Of a stretch of DNA of 13,413 nt, positions 8,519-13,413 are shown piece by piece. The translations under genes were made by a program, and so were the position numbers. How positions within the stretch are numbered: the stretch's first letter is position 1; every line of letters starts with the position of its first letter. Source of the DNA: Gemmatimonadaceae bacterium (GTDB lineage: Bacteria > Gemmatimonadota > Gemmatimonadetes > Gemmatimonadales > Gemmatimonadaceae); the NCBI GenBank assembly GCA_040902005.1, contig JBBDYA010000073.1:1-13413 (forward strand), written 5' to 3'. Under the pieces are notes generated by a model. The model ran no database searches, was not told the DNA's origin, and saw only the letters and a program-made list of their open reading frames with translations.

Positions 8519-9382
8519 ATGGCTTGGTTCAAGAAGGAAAAGAAACCGAGGCAACCCAGACGCGAACGACTCGAGATCCCTCCTGACGTCTGGGAGAAAT
8601 GCGAGGCGTGCGGGCACACGGACATCCGCGAGAAGTTCACGCGCTTGCACAACGTGTGTCCCAACTGCGATTACCATCGCCGCATCCGCGCGGGGGACTA
8701 CGCCAACATCCTGATCGACGACGGCACGCAGGAGGAGCTCGAGGTCGACCTCCGCTCCACCGATCCGTTGGGCTTTCCGGACTACCCCCAGCGCCTCAAG
8801 AAGGCGCTCACCAACGCGGGCGACTCCGATGCGCTCTACGCATGCGGTGGGATGCTCGACGGACTGCCGATCAACCTAGGTGTCATGGACTTTGCCTTCA
8901 TGGGTGGCTCCATGGGGTCCGTGGTCGGCGAGAAGATCGCCCGCCTCGGCGTGCGCTCGCTCGAGCGGAAATACCCCCTCATCGTCATTTCCGCCTCGGG
9001 CGGCGCGCGCATGCAGGAGGGGGTCCTGTCGCTGATGCAGATGGCCAAGGTCGCCGCGGTCCTGGCCCAGTTGGCAGAGCGGCGTATTCCGTACATTTCG
9101 ATCCTCACCAACCCGACCACCGGCGGTGTGAGCGCGAGCTACGCCATGCTGGGGGACGCGATCATCGCGGAGCCCGGCGCCGTGATCGGATTCGCCGGAC
9201 CACGGGTCATCAAGCAGACCCTTGGCCAGGATCTTCCCGAGGGGTTCCAGACCAGCGAGTTCCTGCTGGACCACGGGATGCTCGACATGGTCGTGCACCG
9301 GAAGCAGCTCAAGGGCACGGTCGGGCAGTTGCTGCGCCACATGTCCGGCCGGCCCGCCGCAGCGGGGTGGGCGTCCGCCTGA
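8519..9382 (+). CDS. accD: Acetyl-CoA carboxylase carboxyltransferase beta subunit
   Basis: Zinc finger WEKCEAC...VCPNCDYH; FMGGSMGSVVGEKI; SASGGARMQEG; PTTGGVSASYA; IGFAGPRVI; LPEGFQTSEFLLDHG. Confidence 0.97.
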   Translation: MAWFKKEKKPRQPRRERLEIPPDVWEKCEACGHTDIREKFTRLHNVCPNCDYHRRIRAGDYANILIDDGTQEELEVDLRSTDPLGFPDYPQRLKKALTNAGDSDALYACGGMLDGLPINLGVMDFAFMGGSMGSVVGEKIARLGVRSLERKYPLIVISASGGARMQEGVLSLMQMAKVAAVLAQLAERRIPYISILTNPTTGGVSASYAMLGDAIIAEPGAVIGFAGPRVIKQTLGQDLPEGFQTSEFLLDHGMLDMVVHRKQLKGTVGQLLRHMSGRPAAAGWASA

Positions 9383-10653
9383 CCGCGCTGGAGAAGTCGC
9401 TCGACTTCCTCTTCGCGCGCACCACCGGCGGGTACAAGTTCGGGCTCGAGCGCACGCTCGCGCTGCTGGACGCCCTGGACAACCCGCACCGGAAGTACCG
9501 GGTGTTGCACGTGGCCGGAACCAACGGGAAGGGCAGCGCGCTGGCCACCGCGGGCGCCCTCCTGCGATCGCGCGGGCTTCGCGTGGGCAAGTACACGTCG
9601 CCCCACCTGGTGGACTTTCGCGAACGCATCCTGGTGGACAGAGTTCCGATCGACGCAGGGCAGGTCGTCGCCTTCGTGGAGCGCTGGACGCCGTTGGTCG
9701 AGCAGGTCGGCGCGACATTCTTCGAGGCAACCACTGCGATGGCCTTCGATGCTTTTGCGCGCGCGGAGGTCGATGTCGCCCTCATCGAAACGGGGCTCGG
9801 TGGCCGACTGGACTCCACGAACGTCGTGGATCCAGCGAGCGCCGGCGTGACGTCCATCGGCTGGGACCACATGGAATATCTCGGGCACACGCTCGAGGAC
9901 ATCGCCGGGGAAAAGGCGGGCATCTTCAAGCCGGGACGACCCGCCGTCATCGGGCATGTGGCTCCGCCGATTCTCGATCTGCTGCGCGCCCGCGCCGAGG
10001 ACGCTGGAGCCGATCCAGTCATCGTCGCGGAGCGCGTGGCCCTCCACGACATCGACGTCGAGCCGCACGGCACATCCGCGATGTTCGAGATGGCCGGTGA
10101 GCGCTTACGGCTCCACACGCCGCTCACCGGCCGGCATCAGGCGTTCAACCTCGCATTTACCCTGGCGCTGCTGAACACAGCCGGCGATGACCTCCGGTTT
10201 TCACTCGCGGAGGCGGCGCCGCTGCTTGCGCGGGTGCGGCTTCCGGGGCGCTTCCAGCGCGCCGGAAAGTACATCTTCGATGTGGCGCACAACGCAGATG
10301 GCGTGCGCATGCTCGCGGACACTCTCCGGGCGGTAGGCCCCGCGCGACCGGTGCGCGTGCTGTTCTGCGCGCTGCGCGACAAGGAGTGGCGGGACATGCT
10401 GTCTGCCCTGGCCCCGGTCGTGGACTCCTTTGTCCTGACGAACGCCCCGACGGCGCCGGCGAGCAGGGCATGGGACCTCGAGGCCGCGCGCGACTTCATC
10501 TCCGCGGCAGGGATCCCGGGGCAGGTGGAGGCGGACTTCGGCGTGGCACTCCGCGCGGTGGAGGACGGCGCCGAGTCGGTCGTGGTCACCGGCTCCTTTC
10601 ACACCGTAGGCGACGCGATGGCGCGCTTGCAGGTGTCTCCGTTCGCGCCGTAA
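9367..10653 (+). CDS. folC: Bifunctional folylpolyglutamate synthase / dihydrofolate synthase
   Basis: HVAGTNGKGS, YTSPHLVDFRERI, TFFEATTAMA, ETGLGGRLDSTN, DHMEYLG, IAGEKAGIFK, LPGRFQ, DVAHN, VTGSFHTVG. Start inferred at GTG 9367 (16-bp overlap with accD). The longer ORF from 8599 is off-frame accD sequence. Confidence 0.93.
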   Translation: MGVRLTALEKSLDFLFARTTGGYKFGLERTLALLDALDNPHRKYRVLHVAGTNGKGSALATAGALLRSRGLRVGKYTSPHLVDFRERILVDRVPIDAGQVVAFVERWTPLVEQVGATFFEATTAMAFDAFARAEVDVALIETGLGGRLDSTNVVDPASAGVTSIGWDHMEYLGHTLEDIAGEKAGIFKPGRPAVIGHVAPPILDLLRARAEDAGADPVIVAERVALHDIDVEPHGTSAMFEMAGERLRLHTPLTGRHQAFNLAFTLALLNTAGDDLRFSLAEAAPLLARVRLPGRFQRAGKYIFDVAHNADGVRMLADTLRAVGPARPVRVLFCALRDKEWRDMLSALAPVVDSFVLTNAPTAPASRAWDLEAARDFISAAGIPGQVEADFGVALRAVEDGAESVVVTGSFHTVGDAMARLQVSPFAP

Positions 10654-10662
10654 GTTCCTCCG
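10627..10662 (+). promoter_or_regulatory. Candidate leaderless promoter for hisS, overlapping the folC 3' end and stop
   Basis: TTGCAG (10627-10632), 18 nt, TAAGTT (10651-10656, includes the folC TAA), 6 nt, ATG (10663); no SD. Confidence 0.45.
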
Positions 10663-11925
10663 ATGGCAAAAGGCGCAGGCGGGCTGCCCGGGTTCCGGGA
10701 CTTCTACCCCGAGGAATTCGCCACCCGCGCCTTCATCCAGGAGACGTGGCGTGCGGTCGCGCGCCGGTTCGGATTCTCCGAGTACGACGGGCCACCCCTC
10801 GAGCCCCTGGAACTCTATACCAGGAAAAGCGGCGACGAGATCGTGGGCCAGCTGTACAATTTCACGGACAAGGGAAGCCGCGAGGTGGCCTTGCGTCCCG
10901 AGATGACGCCTACCCTTGCTCGCATGGTCGGGGCGAGGGCCAACGCGCTTCCCAAGCCCATCCGCTGGTTCTCGGTGCCGCAGTTGTTTCGCTACGAGCG
11001 CCAGCAGAAGGGGCGCCTCCGCGAGCACTTCCAGCTGAACGTGGACATCGTTGGCGAAGCCGATGTGACCGCGGACGCCGAGCTCCTGGCCGTCGCGGTG
11101 GAGTGCATGCGTGGATTCGGGCTCGGCGCGAGCGATGTGGAGGCGCGCGTTTCGGACCGGCAGCTGCTGCTGGCCATCCTGGGCGCGCTGGGCGTAGACG
11201 CCGATCGGACGGACGCCGTCTTCGGCGTCATCGACAAGCTCAGTCGGCAACCGCGCGACGTGTCACGGGCAAAACTCGCGGAGTGCGGCCTGCGCGACGC
11301 CGCCGCGGACCGGGTGCTGGAACTGCGGCAGCTCGCGAGCGTGGACGACATCCGGCGGGCCTTTGCGAGTGACGCGGCCGTCGAGGAACGGCTCGTGGAG
11401 CTGGAGCGCTATCTCGGTTATTGCGAGGCGCTAGGCGTCCGCGACTTCGTGCGGCTCGATCTCACCATCGTCCGCGGGCTGGCGTACTACACCGGGATCG
11501 TCTTCGAGCTGTTCGATGCCAGGGGCGAGTTCCGGGCGATCTGCGGTGGCGGGCGCTACGACACACTGCTCGCCTCTCTGGGCGGTGTGGACCTTCCCGC
11601 GCTCGGATTCGGCATGGGCGACGTGGTGCTCGGTGAGCTGCTCAAGGCGCGGGGCCAGATTCCGCCCGCCGCGCATCTGCTGGAGTACTGGGTGGCAGTG
11701 GAGGACCAGGGACGCATGGTGGACGCGATGCGGGTCGCGACCGACCTTCGGCGGCGAGGCCACTCGGCCGAGTACGCGCTGCGTCCGGCGTCGCTGCGCA
11801 AGCAGCTCGAAGCCGCGGGAAAGGCAGGCGCCCGGTGGACGGTGATCCTGCGCGCCGATGGCCAGCACGTGGTGAAGGATCTCGCCTCGGGTAGGGAAAA
11901 ACCCTTTACATTCGGGCATGGCTGA
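10663..11925 (+). CDS. hisS: Histidine--tRNA ligase
   Basis: GFRDFYP, ALRPEMT, motif 2 FRYERQQKGRLREHFQ, histidine-A loop IVRGLAYYTG, GGGRYD, and a C-terminal anticodon-binding domain (which argues against HisZ). Confidence 0.95.
   Translation: MAKGAGGLPGFRDFYPEEFATRAFIQETWRAVARRFGFSEYDGPPLEPLELYTRKSGDEIVGQLYNFTDKGSREVALRPEMTPTLARMVGARANALPKPIRWFSVPQLFRYERQQKGRLREHFQLNVDIVGEADVTADAELLAVAVECMRGFGLGASDVEARVSDRQLLLAILGALGVDADRTDAVFGVIDKLSRQPRDVSRAKLAECGLRDAAADRVLELRQLASVDDIRRAFASDAAVEERLVELERYLGYCEALGVRDFVRLDLTIVRGLAYYTGIVFELFDARGEFRAICGGGRYDTLLASLGGVDLPALGFGMGDVVLGELLKARGQIPPAAHLLEYWVAVEDQGRMVDAMRVATDLRRRGHSAEYALRPASLRKQLEAAGKAGARWTVILRADGQHVVKDLASGREKPFTFGHG
11907..11917 (+). promoter_or_regulatory. 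Candidate -10 box for leaderless proS, inside the hisS 3' end
   Basis: TACATT (11907-11912), 5 nt before the proS ATG, in an AT-rich patch GAAAAACCCTTTACATT; no clear -35 and no SD. Confidence 0.4.
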
Positions 11926-13387
11926 CGACAAGAAGCTCACCACCCGCGCGCAGGACTTCAGCGCGTGGTACAACGAGGCAGTGTTACGCGCCGAACTCGC
12001 GGACTACTCGCCGGTGCGCGGCTGCATGGTCATTCGGCCCAACGGTTACGGCATCTGGGAGCGCATGCAGCGCGCCCTGGACGACATGTTCAAGGCCACG
12101 GGGCATCAGAACGCGTATTTCCCGCTGTTCATTCCCGAGAGCTTCCTCAAGAAGGAAGCCCAGCACGTGGAGGGCTTCGCTCCGGAAACCGCGGTGGTCA
12201 CCCACGGCGGCGGCAAGAAGCTGGAAGAACCCCTCATCATCCGCCCTACGTCGGAAACGATCATCTACTCGATGTTCGCGAAGTGGGTGCACAGCTATCG
12301 TGACCTGCCGCTGCTGATCAACCAGTGGGCCAACGTGGTGCGCTGGGAGATGCGCACGCGGCTCTTCCTGCGCACGCTCGAGTTCCTCTGGCAGGAAGGT
12401 CACACCGCACACGCTACGCACGACGAAGCCGAGGACGAGGCGCGGCGGATGCTGGGCGTCTACCGCGATTTCATGGAAGCATGGATGGCGATGCCGGTGG
12501 TGACCGGGCAGAAGACGGATGCCGAGCGATTTGCGGGCGCGCTGCGCACGTACTCGTGTGAAGCAATGATGCAGGACAACAAGGCGCTCCAGGCGGGAAC
12601 CTCGCACAACCTGGGGCAGAACTTCTCCAAGGCGTTCGACCTCACCTTCCAGTCCGAATCCGGGTCGCTGGAGCACGCCTGGAATACCAGTTGGGGCGTG
12701 TCGACACGACTGGTCGGCGGCCTGGTGATGACCCATGGCGACGACAACGGGTTGCGCGTGCCACCGCTGCTGGCGCCGATCGAACTCGTGGTCGTGCCGA
12801 TCTACAAGACGGACGAGGAACGCACCCAGGTGGTGGAAGCAGCGAACCGGATCGTGGCCGGACTGCACGACTGGGAGCGGCGGCGTCCGGGACGGCTGCG
12901 CGTGCACCTGGACGCGCGCGACGGCATCAAGCCGGGCGCCAAGTACTACGAGTGGGAGCTGAAGGGGATTCCGCTGCGGATGGAAATCGGGCCACGCGAC
13001 CTGGCCAAGGAGCAGTGCGTGCTGGTCCGGCGCGATACGCGCGAAAAGCGCCCCACCTCACTCAATACGCTGGGTGAAGACGTCGCTGAACTGCTCGTGC
13101 GCGTCCAGGAGGACATGCTGATTGCCGCGCGCGAGCGCCGGGAAGCCAACAGCATTCGCGAGCGCATCACCTACGATCGCTTCCGCGAAGTGATGGACGG
13201 CGACGGCGCGTTCGTCTATGCGGGATGGTGCGGCAACCCGGCGTGCGAGACCGCGGTCAAGGAGGAAACGAAGGCGACCATTCGCGTGCTGCCCGACGAG
13301 GAGTTCCGGTCGGCGGAGGCTCCAACGGCCTGCCTGAAGTGCGGGCAGGGCGCGTCTGCCGAAGCCCTATGGGCCAAGGCATACTGA
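11918..13387 (+). CDS. proS: Proline--tRNA ligase, archaeal/eukaryote-like type without INS editing domain
   Basis: DFSAWY, VRGCMVIRP, FIPESFLKKEAQHVEGFAPE, IRPTSET, NQWANVVRWEMRTRLFLRTLEFLWQEGHT, ALQAGTSHNLGQNF, TSWGVSTRL; C-terminal WCGNPACE...CLKC and terminal AKAY; 489 aa; 8-bp overlap with hisS. Confidence 0.97.
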   Translation: MADDKKLTTRAQDFSAWYNEAVLRAELADYSPVRGCMVIRPNGYGIWERMQRALDDMFKATGHQNAYFPLFIPESFLKKEAQHVEGFAPETAVVTHGGGKKLEEPLIIRPTSETIIYSMFAKWVHSYRDLPLLINQWANVVRWEMRTRLFLRTLEFLWQEGHTAHATHDEAEDEARRMLGVYRDFMEAWMAMPVVTGQKTDAERFAGALRTYSCEAMMQDNKALQAGTSHNLGQNFSKAFDLTFQSESGSLEHAWNTSWGVSTRLVGGLVMTHGDDNGLRVPPLLAPIELVVVPIYKTDEERTQVVEAANRIVAGLHDWERRRPGRLRVHLDARDGIKPGAKYYEWELKGIPLRMEIGPRDLAKEQCVLVRRDTREKRPTSLNTLGEDVAELLVRVQEDMLIAARERREANSIRERITYDRFREVMDGDGAFVYAGWCGNPACETAVKEETKATIRVLPDEEFRSAEAPTACLKCGQGASAEALWAKAY

Positions 13388-13413
13388 CCGCGGGGTTCGC
13401 GGGGGCGCCCCCC

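Noticed and set aside
5079..8677. Very long minus-strand ORFs (5079..7142, 687 aa; 6779..8677, 632 aa) and similar antisense ORFs across the window
   Set aside because: They lie opposite well-supported housekeeping genes and have no recognisable motifs. High GC and sense-strand codon bias make stop-poor antisense frames expected.
8519..10653. accD-folC linkage as a novel association
   Set aside because: This adjacency is well known and widespread, including in E. coli.
13388..13413. GC-rich inverted repeats after proS (CCGCG-gggtt-CGCGG; palindrome GGGGGCGCCCCC) as a terminator
   Set aside because: The window ends here, no U tract is visible, and short GC palindromes are common at this GC content.

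Overview
High-GC core-genome window with all real genes on the + strand. It holds the 3' end of a probable pnp, an M16 peptidase, ald, the elongasome cluster mreB-mreC-mreD-mrdA-rodA, accD-folC, hisS and an archaeal/eukaryote-type proS. Gene order and protein style suggest a Gemmatimonadota-like bacterium (inference only). I found no RNA genes, mobile elements, CRISPR arrays or defence systems. The points most worth following up: (1) the extracytoplasmic tail of MreC is packed with D-[S/T]-[AILVMT] tripeptides matching the Bacteroidota O-glycosylation sequon, partly built from a perfect 15-bp tandem duplication; (2) TAnnTT-type -10 boxes lie 5-6 nt before the ATG of accD, hisS and proS, suggesting internal leaderless promoters; (3) ald overlaps mreB by 4 bp; (4) PBP2 has a probable Cys3His zinc site; (5) HisRS lacks the motif-3 arginine.
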